64,000 nucleotides of DNA from Myxococcales bacterium (lineage in GTDB: Bacteria > Myxococcota_A > Polyangia > Polyangiales > DASUME01), in contig JASGJH010000001.1 of the NCBI GenBank assembly GCA_047601445.1, positions 2,080,001-2,144,000 on the forward strand. Reading direction: 5' to 3'. Under the pieces are notes generated by a model that saw only the letters and a program-made list of their open reading frames with translations, did not search any database and was not told the origin of the DNA. Positions within the stretch are counted from its first letter, which is position 1, and each line of letters begins with the position of its first letter. Below, piece by piece: positions 17,452 to 26,774 of the stretch. A program made the translations under genes and the position numbers.

Positions 17452-19205
17452 ACGACATCGAAGAGCTTAGTTGCGATCTCCTGATCATCGGCGGCGGTGC
17501 GGCCGGCTGCGTCGCCGCCGTGGAGGCGCGTGAGAAGGCCCCGGACCTCGACGTCCTCTTGGTCGAGAAGGCCCACATCTACCGCAGTGGCTGTCTGGCC
17601 GCCGGCATCAGCGCCATCAACGCGTACCTGACGCCCGGAGAGACCGCCGAATCGTTCCTGCGCTACACCATCCGCGACACCCACGGCATCGTGCGCGACG
17701 ATCTGGTGCTGAGCATGGCGCGTGAGCTCAACGCGCAGTCCCACCGCGTGGAGAAGTGGGGCCTGCCCATCCCGCGCGACGAGAATGGCCACCCGCTCAA
17801 GCGCGGCCGTGCCTCGATCAAGATCCTGGGTGAGCGCATCAAGCCCATCATCGGCAAGGCCACCGAGGCCAGCGGCGCGCGCATCATGAACCGCGTGAAC
17901 ATCACCGGCCTGGCCACGCATCGTGGCCGCGTGATCGGCGCCTTCGGATTCAACATCCGCACCGGGAAGTTCATCTCCATCCGCGCCAAGGCGACCCTGC
18001 TCTGCACGGGGGGCACCGCGGGCCTGTATCGCCCCAACAACCCGGGCATGGCCTCTCACCGCATGTGGTACTCGCCCTTCAACACGGGCGCCGGCCTCGC
18101 GATGGGCATCCGCAGCGGCGCGGAGATGACGAGCTTCGAGTTCCGCTTCATCCCTCTGCGCATCAAGGACGCAATCGCTCCGACCGGCGAGATCGCACAG
18201 TGGCTCGGCGCCAAGCAGATCAACGCGCGCGGCGAGGCCTACCTGGACAAGTACTACCAGCACCTCGGCGGCTCTCGCATGACCACCCAGGATCGCCTCT
18301 ACGCGACGCTGCAAGAGAAGATGGCCGGTCGTGGACCTTGCTATCTGGACATCAGCAACGTGGACCCGCGCAAGCTGGAGGGCACCACGCGCTCGTACCT
18401 CTCGATGGCACCGCCGGCTGCGATGCTGCTGCAGGACGAGATGTACTACGGGCGGGGCGGCGGCTCGATGGCGCCGGTGGAAATCACGGGCAGCGAACCG
18501 CACGTCGTCGGCGGCCACGGTCTCTCGGGCTACTGGGTCGACGTGTCGCGCAAGACGACCCTGCCTGGTCTGTGGGCGGCGGGTGACGTGGCCGGTGGCT
18601 CGCCCAAGAAGTACGCGTCGGGAGCCTGGGCCGAAGGCGTGCTGGCGATTCGCGACATGATCGACGACGTGCGCACGCGGAAGTCTGTGGAGCTCGACGA
18701 GGAGCAGATCCTCAAGGAGCGTGACCGCGTGTTCGCGCCGTTCGAGGACAAGCCCGGCACTTCACCGCGTGAGCTGGAGGAGCGCCTGCAAAAGGTGATG
18801 GACGAGTACGCCGGCGGCATCAGCCAGATGTACATGTACTCGGAGGGCGAGCTGAAAATCGCCGAGATTCACCTCAAGCGTCTCGAGCAGGAGTTCAACG
18901 CCATCACCGCGGGTAGCTTGCACGAGCTGTTGCATGCTCACGAGTTGATGGATCGCGTGACCGTGGCGCAGACGCTGGTAGCTCACATGCTGCATCGCCA
19001 GGAGACACGCTGGCACTGCTATCAGGAGCGTGTGGACTATCCGCAGCGCGACGACGCTCGTTGGAGCGTATTCGTAAACTCGGTTCGCAAGGGCGACCGT
19101 ATCGAGATGGTGGAACGGCCGGTAGAGCGCGCGAATGTCGAAGTCGTGCTGCCAGAGCTCGCCGATGGCGCCATCATTCGTCACAGCACGAGTTCTTCGG
19201 AGTAG
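17448..19205 (+). CDS. aprA: Adenylylsulfate (APS/PAPS) reductase alpha subunit-like flavoprotein
   Basis: FAD motif 'IIGGGAAG', 'RSGCLAAGISAINAY', 'WYSPFNTG.G.AM....GAEMT.FE.RF', 'EPHVVGGH', 'LQKVMDEYAGG', 'ETRW'. Followed by an AprB-like gene. Confidence 0.8.
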   Translation: MNDIEELSCDLLIIGGGAAGCVAAVEAREKAPDLDVLLVEKAHIYRSGCLAAGISAINAYLTPGETAESFLRYTIRDTHGIVRDDLVLSMARELNAQSHRVEKWGLPIPRDENGHPLKRGRASIKILGERIKPIIGKATEASGARIMNRVNITGLATHRGRVIGAFGFNIRTGKFISIRAKATLLCTGGTAGLYRPNNPGMASHRMWYSPFNTGAGLAMGIRSGAEMTSFEFRFIPLRIKDAIAPTGEIAQWLGAKQINARGEAYLDKYYQHLGGSRMTTQDRLYATLQEKMAGRGPCYLDISNVDPRKLEGTTRSYLSMAPPAAMLLQDEMYYGRGGGSMAPVEITGSEPHVVGGHGLSGYWVDVSRKTTLPGLWAAGDVAGGSPKKYASGAWAEGVLAIRDMIDDVRTRKSVELDEEQILKERDRVFAPFEDKPGTSPRELEERLQKVMDEYAGGISQMYMYSEGELKIAEIHLKRLEQEFNAITAGSLHELLHAHELMDRVTVAQTLVAHMLHRQETRWHCYQERVDYPQRDDARWSVFVNSVRKGDRIEMVERPVERANVEVVLPELADGAIIRHSTSSSE

Positions 19206-19244
19206 TGGTTCGCGCGCCGCGTCGCGTGAACGCAGGAGGAGCAG

Positions 19245-19586
19245 ATGGGTATCTTCGTAGACGAGAACGTGTGCAACGGCTGCGGCATCGCCGAGGAGCC
19301 CATGTGCGTGCGCGACTGTCCCGGCGACCTGATGATCCTCAAAGAGAATCGTAAGGCCATCATCCGGGACAACCGCGACTGCTGGGACTGCGCCGCGTGC
19401 GTGAAAGTGTGTCCGACTCAGGCCATCGCCATGCAGCTGCCGAGCTCGGTGATCGTGCGAGGCGTCAAGCTCAAGGGCCGCGCCATCAAGCACAAGACGA
19501 CTTGGAAGCTCAAGCTACGCGACGGCACGGAGCGCGCTTACGAGACGCCCAGCACGGGCAACGCTCCGTTCAACCCGAGCCTGTAG
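19245..19586 (+). CDS. aprB: APS reductase beta subunit-like 2x[4Fe-4S] ferredoxin
   Basis: 'CNGC......CVRDCPGDLM', 'CWDCAACVKVCP', C-terminal 'W.....DG'. AGGAG RBS. Confidence 0.8.
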   Translation: MGIFVDENVCNGCGIAEEPMCVRDCPGDLMILKENRKAIIRDNRDCWDCAACVKVCPTQAIAMQLPSSVIVRGVKLKGRAIKHKTTWKLKLRDGTERAYETPSTGNAPFNPSL

Positions 19587-19603
19587 CGGGCGATGTCGAT
19601 CGC

Positions 19604-19631
19604 CGGGCAGGCCACACACGGGGCCTGCCCG
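19604..19631. terminator. GC-rich hairpin between convergent aprB and rplS
   Basis: Perfect 10 bp stem CGGGCAGGCC/GGCCTGCCCG with 8 nt loop. No U-tract. Confidence 0.5.
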
Positions 19632-19655
19632 TAGCGCGGCGGTCGCGACGGCCCC

Positions 19656-19689
19656 AAAGCAAAACGGCGAACCCACTGGGTCCGCCGTT
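19656..19689 (-). terminator. Rho-independent terminator of the rpsP-rplS operon
   Basis: Minus-strand stem AACGGCGGACCC...GGGTTCGCCGTT followed by TTGCTTT. Confidence 0.7.
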
Positions 19690-19726
19690 CCTGCACACGT
19701 ATCGAGCCCGCTCGGGGCTCGCTCGC

Positions 19727-20113
19727 TCAGCCCTCGGAGGCCGCCGCAGCAGACACGTGCGAGCGGTTGCTCTCGCGGAGGCGGGCCTTCTTGCCCTCGA
19801 GACCGCGCATGTAGTAGAGGCGCGAGCGGCGAACGCGGCCGCGGAAGCCGATTTCGATCTTCTCGATGCGAGGCGAGTTGATGGGGAAGATACGCTCCAC
19901 GCCAACGCCGTAGGACACCTTGCGCACCGCGAAGGTGGCGCCGACGCTGCCCTTGGACTTGCGAATGACGGTGCCCTGGAAGACCTGAACGCGGTCCTTC
20001 TCGCCTTCGCTGATGCGGAAGTGGATCTTCACCGTGTCACCGACGCGGAAATCCGGGAGGGTACGAACCTGTGCCTGCTCGATGGCGGCAATCTGAGGAA
20101 TGGTGCTGGCCAT
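19727..20113 (-). CDS. rplS: 50S ribosomal protein L19
   Basis: '[10 protein letters not shown]', 'RVQVFQG', '[15 protein letters not shown]', '[10 protein letters not shown]'. Confidence 0.97.
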   Translation of the reverse strand: MASTIPQIAAIEQAQVRTLPDFRVGDTVKIHFRISEGEKDRVQVFQGTVIRKSKGSVGATFAVRKVSYGVGVERIFPINSPRIEKIEIGFRGRVRRSRLYYMRGLEGKKARLRESNRSHVSAAAASEG

Positions 20114-20305
20114 GGCCTGGTTTCTCCGTCCGACACACGCGCGAGTCGCGGCGTGAGTGATCAAGGTGACGCGCGCGGGTCTACGGCGCGAGCGACATTA
20201 GGGCCGCCTTCTTGACATGCCCGATGGGGGGCGTCAATCGCCCGCCGGAACTTGGCGAGTTTCCAGGCTCTTGAGCGGTTCCAAGAGCCAAAACTCCGGC
20301 GTTTC

Positions 20306-21613
20306 TCAGGATGCGCCCAGATCTCCGAACAGGCGGTCGAGAATAATTGCGCAAGCAGCGCGCACGGACAGGTGGTTGTAGGTGCCGGGGCGAATCGGGG
20401 GAAGCGCCAGATCCGCCTGCTCCAGGACTTCCTGGGCCAACCCGTGGCCAGTCCCGAACAGGAGCAGCCAGGGGCGGTTCTCGCGGGCCATCTCGGCCCG
20501 CACTTCGCGGAAGGGGGTCGCAGCCACCCCACCCGGCAAGCGGGCTGCCGTGACCACCAGGCGCGGCCGCTGGCCGTGTGCGGCCTCGATGGCGGCAATG
20601 GTGGCGGCAATCGAGTCGATGGGCCGGGCCAGGGACAGGGCGACCCCGCGCTCTGGTACGCGCCGCTTGCCGCTGCCCTCCACCCAGTGCTCGAGGATCT
20701 TGTCCACCAGCGCCCGCTGGGCCTCGATGGGCGTGATCACGTAGTAGCCCGCGAGACCGAACGAACGGCTCGAGCGCGAGATGTCGTGCACGTCGAGGTT
20801 CGTGACGGCGGTGGTCACGATGTTGCCCTCGCGGTCCTTCACCGGATAGTGCACCAGGCCCACGTAGATGGGCGCGCGCTCGGGGGCCCCGCGTTCCCGC
20901 TCGAGCTCGCTCAGCAGCGTGCGGTCCTCGGCACTCAGTGAGGCCTGCCCGAAGAGATCCGGGCGCTGGGTCCGCGTGCGCCGCAGCACCTCCTTGCGGC
21001 GGTAGCGAGCCACGGCGCCGTGATCGCCCGAGAGCAGCACTTCGGGCACACGCTGTTCACGAAACTCGGGCGGACGCGTGTACTGCGGATACTCCAGCAT
21101 GCCGTGGGAATGGCTCTCCTCGTGGGTGCTCTCCATGTTCCCGAGCACCCCGGGCAACAGCCGCGCCGTCGCCTCGATGACCGCCATGGCCGCGACCTCG
21201 CCGCCCGTCATCACGAAGTCGCCGAGTGAAATCTGTTCGTCCATCGCCTCGCGGACACGCTCGTCCACGCCCTCGTAGCGGCCGCACACGAGCGCGATGC
21301 CAGGGTAGGTGGCGAGCCGACGCGCCGTGGCCTGATCGAAGGGCTTTCCCTGCGGAGTGAGCAACACGCGGTGCAAGCGTCCCGTGGTCTCGCGGGACTC
21401 CAGGGCCTCGAGGATGGGGCCCGGCATCATCACCATGCCGCTGCCGCCGCCGTAGGGCGCGTCATCGACGGACTTGTGCTTGTTCTTGGTGAAGTCCCGG
21501 ATGTTGGTGCACTCGACGCGAATAAGGCCGTTCTCGTGCGCCTTGGCGACCAGGCCCTTCTGCAGGAAAGAGGCAAACAGCTCGGGGAAGATCGTGATGA
21601 CTTCGAAGCGCAT
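20306..21613 (-). CDS. trmD: tRNA (guanine-N1)-methyltransferase fused to a C-terminal second SPOUT methyltransferase domain
   Basis: 'DDAPYGGGSGM', 'CGRYEGVDER', 'SLGDFVMTGGE', 'LEYPQYTRP'. Then 'LVHYPV...TTAVTNLDVHDISR...FGTGHGL...YNHLSVR'. Confidence 0.93.
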   Translation of the reverse strand: MRFEVITIFPELFASFLQKGLVAKAHENGLIRVECTNIRDFTKNKHKSVDDAPYGGGSGMVMMPGPILEALESRETTGRLHRVLLTPQGKPFDQATARRLATYPGIALVCGRYEGVDERVREAMDEQISLGDFVMTGGEVAAMAVIEATARLLPGVLGNMESTHEESHSHGMLEYPQYTRPPEFREQRVPEVLLSGDHGAVARYRRKEVLRRTRTQRPDLFGQASLSAEDRTLLSELERERGAPERAPIYVGLVHYPVKDREGNIVTTAVTNLDVHDISRSSRSFGLAGYYVITPIEAQRALVDKILEHWVEGSGKRRVPERGVALSLARPIDSIAATIAAIEAAHGQRPRLVVTAARLPGGVAATPFREVRAEMARENRPWLLLFGTGHGLAQEVLEQADLALPPIRPGTYNHLSVRAACAIILDRLFGDLGAS

Positions 21614-22161
21614 CAGTCGGCCTTGGTGTGCAGCACGTCGAGCTCATCGAGGTGATCGACGACCACGAATCCCGCCTCGACGTCGATCTCCACGAGATAG
21701 CGCTCGGTGTCGGGCACCTCCCAAGCCCCGCCCTCGCCCTTCACCAGCAGGCAGGCGATGCTCGGGTACTGCACGATGTCCTCCACGCGCCCGAACGCCG
21801 CGCCCTGCGCGTCGCGGGCTTCGAGGCCCACGAGATCGACGAGGTACACCTCGCCCTCTTCGGGTTCGGGAAGCGCGGAGCGAGGCACGCAAACCAAGCT
21901 GCCCCGCAGGGCCTCGGACGTGTTGCGGTCCGTCACGCCTTCGAGCGCCAGGATGAGCTGATCGGCGTGGCCCCGGGCACCGCGCACGGCGTAGCTACGC
22001 GTCGTGCCGTCCGGCTGCTTGAGCACGATCTGCTCGAGTTCGCGCAAGAGCTCGCTTTCCGGATTGAACGGCTTGAGCGAGAGCTCTCCGCGCAGTCCGT
22101 GGGCTCGCACCACGGCGGCGAGCTCGACCAGCTCGTCTTGGCCGACAGGCGCACGGGCCAC
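21613..22161 (-). CDS. rimM: Ribosome maturation factor RimM
   Basis: 'HGLRGE', 'R...EALRG', 'EGEVYLVDLVGL'. Canonical position in the operon. Confidence 0.9.
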   Translation of the reverse strand: MARAPVGQDELVELAAVVRAHGLRGELSLKPFNPESELLRELEQIVLKQPDGTTRSYAVRGARGHADQLILALEGVTDRNTSEALRGSLVCVPRSALPEPEEGEVYLVDLVGLEARDAQGAAFGRVEDIVQYPSIACLLVKGEGGAWEVPDTERYLVEIDVEAGFVVVDHLDELDVLHTKAD

Positions 22162-22172
22162 TTGAACCCGCC

Positions 22173-22412
22173 TTATTCGAGGATCTCGAGCACCGCGCGG
22201 CGCTGACGCCGGGCGCTCGCTGCAGCCAACAAGGTGCGAATGGCGCGGGCCGTGCGACCTTCGCGACCGATCACCTTGCCCAGGTCGCTCTTGGCGACCG
22301 TCAGCTCCACCACGATGGTGTTGTCACCGTCGATGGCTTCGACTTCGACCGCGTCCGGGTCATCCACGAGAGAGCGTGCGATGTACCCGATGAGCTCTTC
22401 GATTTGCTCCAT
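22173..22412 (-). CDS. khpA: KH-domain RNA-binding protein
   Basis: 'DLGKVIGREGRTARAIRTLL'. Located between rpsP and rimM. Confidence 0.9.
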   Translation of the reverse strand: MEQIEELIGYIARSLVDDPDAVEVEAIDGDNTIVVELTVAKSDLGKVIGREGRTARAIRTLLAAASARRQRRAVLEILE

Positions 22413-22434
22413 CAGAAGCCTCTTCGCGGGCGCC

Positions 22435-22683
22435 TCAGGCGCTCGCGGCCTTCTTCTTCTCGCGCACGATGTGGCTCACGCGCTCGGAAAGCTGCGCGCC
22501 GACGCCAACCCAGTAGTCGAGACGGTCGAACTGGATGTTCGCGGAAGCATCGGGCTCGTGCGGGTCGTAGGTGCCCAGCTGCTCGATGAAGCGGCCGTCA
22601 CGGCAGCTCGCGTTGTCGGTGGCGACGATGTGATAGAACGGGCGCTGCTTGGTGCCACGACGGGCCAAACGGACGATGACCAT
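22435..22683 (-). CDS. rpsP: 30S ribosomal protein S16
   Basis: 'MVIVRLARRG...PFYHIVA.D....RDGRFIE.LG.YDP...W...GAQ'. Confidence 0.96.
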   Translation of the reverse strand: MVIVRLARRGTKQRPFYHIVATDNASCRDGRFIEQLGTYDPHEPDASANIQFDRLDYWVGVGAQLSERVSHIVREKKKAASA

Positions 22684-22791
22684 GCTGCTCTCTTCTCGCT
22701 GGCGCGCCCGAAGCGCGCTTTGACTTGGGTGTGCGGCCACGTGCCCGGACCGCTCGCACGCTCGAGCGACGGGGCTCGAACGAGGGGCGGG

Positions 22792-22820
22792 AAGCTAGCC
22801 GCTGGTCGCCCGCCGGTCAA
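22792..22820 (-). promoter_or_regulatory. sigma70-type promoter of the rpsP operon
   Basis: TTGACC (22820-22815), 17 bp, TAGCTT (22797-22792). Confidence 0.65.
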
Positions 22821-22959
22821 GTGAGCTTACAGGTGCAGTTACGGGGCAGTTCCGGCTCGAGCAGTGGATCTGGGCAGGCGATCCGGGTCGCTGGAGCGAG
22901 GCGCGAATATCCCCGAGTGGGTGGCGTTAAGCGCCAGAAGTCCCAGGAATGCCTCTTGA

Positions 22960-24597
22960 ATGCGCTATGGTCCCCAATCTGTGCAGCGGTTCAGCCTACC
23001 CCATCTCTGGTTGCTCCTCTTTGTTTCGTCCTGCGCCTGGATGGGCCGCTGTGACGGCAAGACCCAGCCCAGCAAGCTGGCCCCGCCGCGCCCGCCCGCC
23101 GATCTGCGGCTGGTGGTGCTGACCGATCCCAAGGGCTACCTCGAGCCTTGCGGCTGCCAGATGCGCCCCCTCGGCGGCATCGACAAGCTGGCCACCGAGC
23201 TCGAGCAAGCGCGCCGGGGCAAGGCGCCCGTGGTGGCGGTGGCCGCGGGAGATCTCACGTTCGGCACCGTGCTGCGAGCGGAGGACGCCGCGCGTTCCCA
23301 GACGCAGGAGGACTGGCGCGCGGAGACCTTGGTCGACGTGTGGAGTGGGCTGGGTTTGGCCGCTGCCACCCCGGGGCCGGCCGATTTCGGGCAAAAGCCG
23401 GAGACGCTCGCCGGACTCGTGACGCGCAGCAAGTTCCCGTGGCTGGCCGAGAACCTGACCGGACCGGGCACCGATCAGCTCGGCCGCGCGCGCGTGATCG
23501 ACGCGGGAAGCATCAAGGTCGGTCTATTCGGGCTCGTGGCTCCCTCGCCGGCGCTTCACCTACCGAGCGAAGTCACGCTCGACCCGAAGCTCGGCGAGGT
23601 CGCGCGCAAGACCAGCGACGCCCTACGCGCCCAGGGCGCACGCGTGGTCGTGGCCCTGCTCACGGGGGACCGCAAGAGCGCGCGCGAAGTCGCGGAAGCG
23701 GGTGCCGACGTGGTGGTACTCGGCGGCGTCGATCAAGAGAAGCCGCTCGCGCCCGTGCTGGTGGGAGACAGGGGCATCGTGATCAATGCCGGCTACCAGG
23801 GCCAGCGCATGGTCACGCTCGACCTCGAGCTGGACGCCCAGGGCGCCTGGCACGATGCCAGCGAGTGGACCCTGCGCGAGAGCCGCAAGGATCTGGAGCG
23901 CGACGCGTCGGAGCTGGAGCAGAAGATCGCGGCTTGGTCGAAGGATACGCACGTGAAGGCCTCCGATCTCGACGCGCAACGCGGGCGCTTGGCGAGCCTG
24001 CAGAACGAGCTCAAAGCGCGCAGCGTGCCGAGCTACAGCGGGCGCTGGTTCGCAGCCGACGTGACCGAGCTCTCGCCCGACGTGAAGGACAACGCGGAGA
24101 TCCGTAAGCAGATCGACGAGTACAATCGGCGCATCAACGAGCACAACAAGAAGGTCTTCGCGGACGTCAAACCTGTGCCGGCGCCCGAGGGCAGCGCTCA
24201 CTATGCGGGGTCCGAGTCGTGCCAGAGCTGCCATGCCGAAGCCTACGCGTGGTGGAAGAACACCAAGCACGGACGCGCCTACGCGACGCTCGAGAACGTT
24301 CACAAGGAGTTCAACACCACCTGCGTGGGCTGTCATGTCACGGGCTACAACAAGCCCGGCGGGAGCACGGTTGCCTACGTGGACGGACTCAAAGACGTGG
24401 GTTGTGAGAACTGCCATGGCCCTGGCAGCCTGCACAATGCGGCGCCCGACAAACCGGGGCTTGTCGCGCGAGACGCTCCTGAAGCAGTATGCGTGGGTTG
24501 TCACAATCACGAGCACAGCGACCGCTTCGTCTACGAGGCCTTCAAGCCCTTGCTGGTCGTGCCCGGTCATGGCTTGCCCAAGGCCAAGGCGAACTGA
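22960..24597 (+). CDS. Exported protein: degenerate 5'-nucleotidase/metallophosphoesterase-like domain plus tetraheme cytochrome c domain
   Basis: Lipobox-like VSSC, 'GYLEPCGC...LGG', 'AGD', 'FPWLAENL'. Four CXXCH motifs (CQSCH, CVGCH, CENCH, CVGCH). Confidence 0.8.
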   Translation: MRYGPQSVQRFSLPHLWLLLFVSSCAWMGRCDGKTQPSKLAPPRPPADLRLVVLTDPKGYLEPCGCQMRPLGGIDKLATELEQARRGKAPVVAVAAGDLTFGTVLRAEDAARSQTQEDWRAETLVDVWSGLGLAAATPGPADFGQKPETLAGLVTRSKFPWLAENLTGPGTDQLGRARVIDAGSIKVGLFGLVAPSPALHLPSEVTLDPKLGEVARKTSDALRAQGARVVVALLTGDRKSAREVAEAGADVVVLGGVDQEKPLAPVLVGDRGIVINAGYQGQRMVTLDLELDAQGAWHDASEWTLRESRKDLERDASELEQKIAAWSKDTHVKASDLDAQRGRLASLQNELKARSVPSYSGRWFAADVTELSPDVKDNAEIRKQIDEYNRRINEHNKKVFADVKPVPAPEGSAHYAGSESCQSCHAEAYAWWKNTKHGRAYATLENVHKEFNTTCVGCHVTGYNKPGGSTVAYVDGLKDVGCENCHGPGSLHNAAPDKPGLVARDAPEAVCVGCHNHEHSDRFVYEAFKPLLVVPGHGLPKAKAN

Positions 24598-25022
24598 TCG
24601 TCCGCCTCGTCCTGCTGGGCTTCGTCCTGATCGCCGCTGGCTCCTGCTGCTCGGGAATCCGCAGCTCGCGCGCGACGCAGGCCAGCACCACCACGACACC
24701 ACCGCCGCCGGTCGACCCCGCTGGCGGTGAGGTCCTGCGCGGTCAGGCAAGCTTTTACGCGAACTCCCTGCGCGGTCATCCGACCGCGAGCGGCGAGCGC
24801 TACGATCCGCGCAAGCTCACGGCAGCCAATCGCACCCTTCCCTTCGGCACCCGCCTGCGCGTCACGCGGCTCGACAATGGGAAGTCCGTGGTGGTTACGG
24901 TCAACGACCGCGGTCCGTTCGGGCACCGACGCCGCATCCTGGACCTCTCGCGCGCGGCCGCGGAGCAGCTCGACATGCTCGGGGCGGGCGTCGTGCAAGT
25001 GCAAGCCCAAGTCGTTCCGTGA
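24594..25022 (+). CDS. rlpA: RlpA-family (DPBB) lytic transglycosylase lipoprotein
   Basis: 'GQASFY', 'TASGERYD...LTAA.RTLPFGT', 'VNDRGPF', 'LDLSRAAA'. Start uncertain. No SPOR domain. Confidence 0.85.
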   Translation: MIVRLVLLGFVLIAAGSCCSGIRSSRATQASTTTTPPPPVDPAGGEVLRGQASFYANSLRGHPTASGERYDPRKLTAANRTLPFGTRLRVTRLDNGKSVVVTVNDRGPFGHRRRILDLSRAAAEQLDMLGAGVVQVQAQVVP

Positions 25023-25035
25023 AGCTCGCGGCGAG

Positions 25036-25455
25036 CTAAGGGCGCGATTGGACGTTGTCGCGCACCCACTGCACGATGACGTCGAGCGGTGTGCCTGGCG
25101 AGAAAATCCCGCTCACACCGAGGCCGCGCAGGCGCTCCGCGTCTTCCTCCGGAATGATGCCACCACCGAATACCGCGATGTCCTCGGCCCCCCGTGCGCG
25201 CAGGGCCTCCATCACGGCGGGAAACAGCACATTGTGGGCTCCGGACATGATTGAGAGCCCCACGCAGTCCACGTCCTCCTGCAGCGCCGTGGCGGCGATC
25301 ATCTCGGGCGTCTGGTGAAGCCCCGTGTAGATGACCTCGAAGCCCGCGTCCCGCAGGGCGCGTGCCACGACCTTGGCGCCGCGGTCGTGGCCGTCGAGGC
25401 CGGGCTTGGCCACCAGGACACGAATCGATTTGGGTGCCTGCGAGGAATCCGTCAT
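25036..25455 (-). CDS. Stand-alone cobalamin-binding subunit of methylmalonyl-CoA/acyl-CoA mutase
   Basis: '[13 protein letters not shown]', 'GLSIMSGAH', 'GGIIP', 'F.PGT'. Confidence 0.92.
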   Translation of the reverse strand: MTDSSQAPKSIRVLVAKPGLDGHDRGAKVVARALRDAGFEVIYTGLHQTPEMIAATALQEDVDCVGLSIMSGAHNVLFPAVMEALRARGAEDIAVFGGGIIPEEDAERLRGLGVSGIFSPGTPLDVIVQWVRDNVQSRP

Positions 25456-26774
25456 GTCACTCGGCGCAGTGAGAAGCGCCCTTCGCGCTTCAGCAGCATG
25501 CTGGTGGGACGTAACACGAGCCCCCGGGCCAGACCGGTGAGACGTCCGCCGATCCAGACGACCTCATCTCCTTCGGCCATGGCGCGCAACGTGTCGGTCA
25601 TCGGGACATCCGCGTCGTCGACCAACTCGATCCCCGCGTGCGACGCGTCCCGCACATGGATGGGCTCGAGCCCGAGCTTACGCCCGGCAGGCTCGAACAA
25701 GACGAAGGGCTCGGAGGTCCCGGGCGCCCGGCGCGCGATGCTCGCGTAGTAGCTGGCCAGATCGCTGACCTTGGTGCGCGCGAATTCGCTGACACGGCTC
25801 CACTGCTCCTGAGTGGCCTCGGGTGAAACGGTGTACTGCAGGAGACGCAGGCGGCGCGGCTGGACCGCGTCGTCGATCTCGGCGTAGGCGACCTGGACCG
25901 CGCGTGGACAGGGGCCCACGGACGCGTCTTGTTCACCGCGCCGACGCTCCTCGCTGTAGACCTCGCCATCGTGCAGGTCGAGCAGGTAGCGACGCTCGAT
26001 CGACGCGCGGGAGGTGCCCGCGAGCCACTCGCGACCGACCTCGACCAAGGTGCTGTCGGCCAAAGCGTCCAGCGCTTCGCCCTCGCGACGCCCAAGCCAG
26101 CTGCGAAACTGCGCGACCGACTTCGGCGCGGGTTTCTCGGCCTGCACGTCGAAGGCGAGGCGCTGCGCGCCGTCCAGCAGGCGCGCCACCTTGCCGACCT
26201 CCCCCACTGCCAGGGCTTCCGTGACGCGACCGACCCAACGAGCCAACGTGAGGCTCAGAGGGCGCGGCGCGCGCTCGAGCACCTGGTCCAACGCCTGGCG
26301 GATCGAGGGCGAATCGGGGGCGTCGATCCCGGTGCGGGCCATGGCCAGGCAGAGCTCGTCCAGCGCGGTCGCGAGCCCGGTGATCTCCATGAGCATGGAG
26401 GGCGGCGGCGGGCGCAACGAGGAGCGGACGGGAGCCTCGCCGAAGTTGGGAGCGGCGTTGGGCACAGCAGAACCCTCGAGCCCCAGAAAGCTCGCGGCGA
26501 TCTTCTGATGCTCGCAGACCTCAGCGGGCGATTCGCGCGTCCCGAGGCGCTCCTGCGACTCGCGCCCCGCGGCCCCGCGTAGCTCACTGACCTCGCGTGC
26601 GACGCTGCGCGAGTCCGCGGCGCTGCACGTGCACTGCGCGCGCAGCTTGCCGTGGCGCACGAAGAAGCTGACCTGCTCGCCGTTTACCTCGCAGGAAACA
26701 CGGCGCAGGCCTGCGTCAGCGTGCACGAGAAAGCGGGCCACGGCCGGCTCGTGGGCGGCAAACTCCGTGGTCAT
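25452..26774 (-). CDS. Hypothetical protein with SWIM-like Zn-finger motif
   Basis: 'AQCTCS...VCEH' (CxC...CxH with a long insert). ATG overlaps the upstream stop. Confidence 0.55.
   Translation of the reverse strand: MTTEFAAHEPAVARFLVHADAGLRRVSCEVNGEQVSFFVRHGKLRAQCTCSAADSRSVAREVSELRGAAGRESQERLGTRESPAEVCEHQKIAASFLGLEGSAVPNAAPNFGEAPVRSSLRPPPPSMLMEITGLATALDELCLAMARTGIDAPDSPSIRQALDQVLERAPRPLSLTLARWVGRVTEALAVGEVGKVARLLDGAQRLAFDVQAEKPAPKSVAQFRSWLGRREGEALDALADSTLVEVGREWLAGTSRASIERRYLLDLHDGEVYSEERRRGEQDASVGPCPRAVQVAYAEIDDAVQPRRLRLLQYTVSPEATQEQWSRVSEFARTKVSDLASYYASIARRAPGTSEPFVLFEPAGRKLGLEPIHVRDASHAGIELVDDADVPMTDTLRAMAEGDEVVWIGGRLTGLARGLVLRPTSMLLKREGRFSLRRVT

Noticed and set aside
17448..19586. Evidence for dissimilatory sulfate reduction or sulfur oxidation
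   Set aside because: No sat, qmo, aprM or dsr nearby, and the context is cysteine biosynthesis.
23130..23165. Selenocysteine at the CGC motif
   Set aside because: Codons are TGC GGC TGC, with no in-frame TGA.
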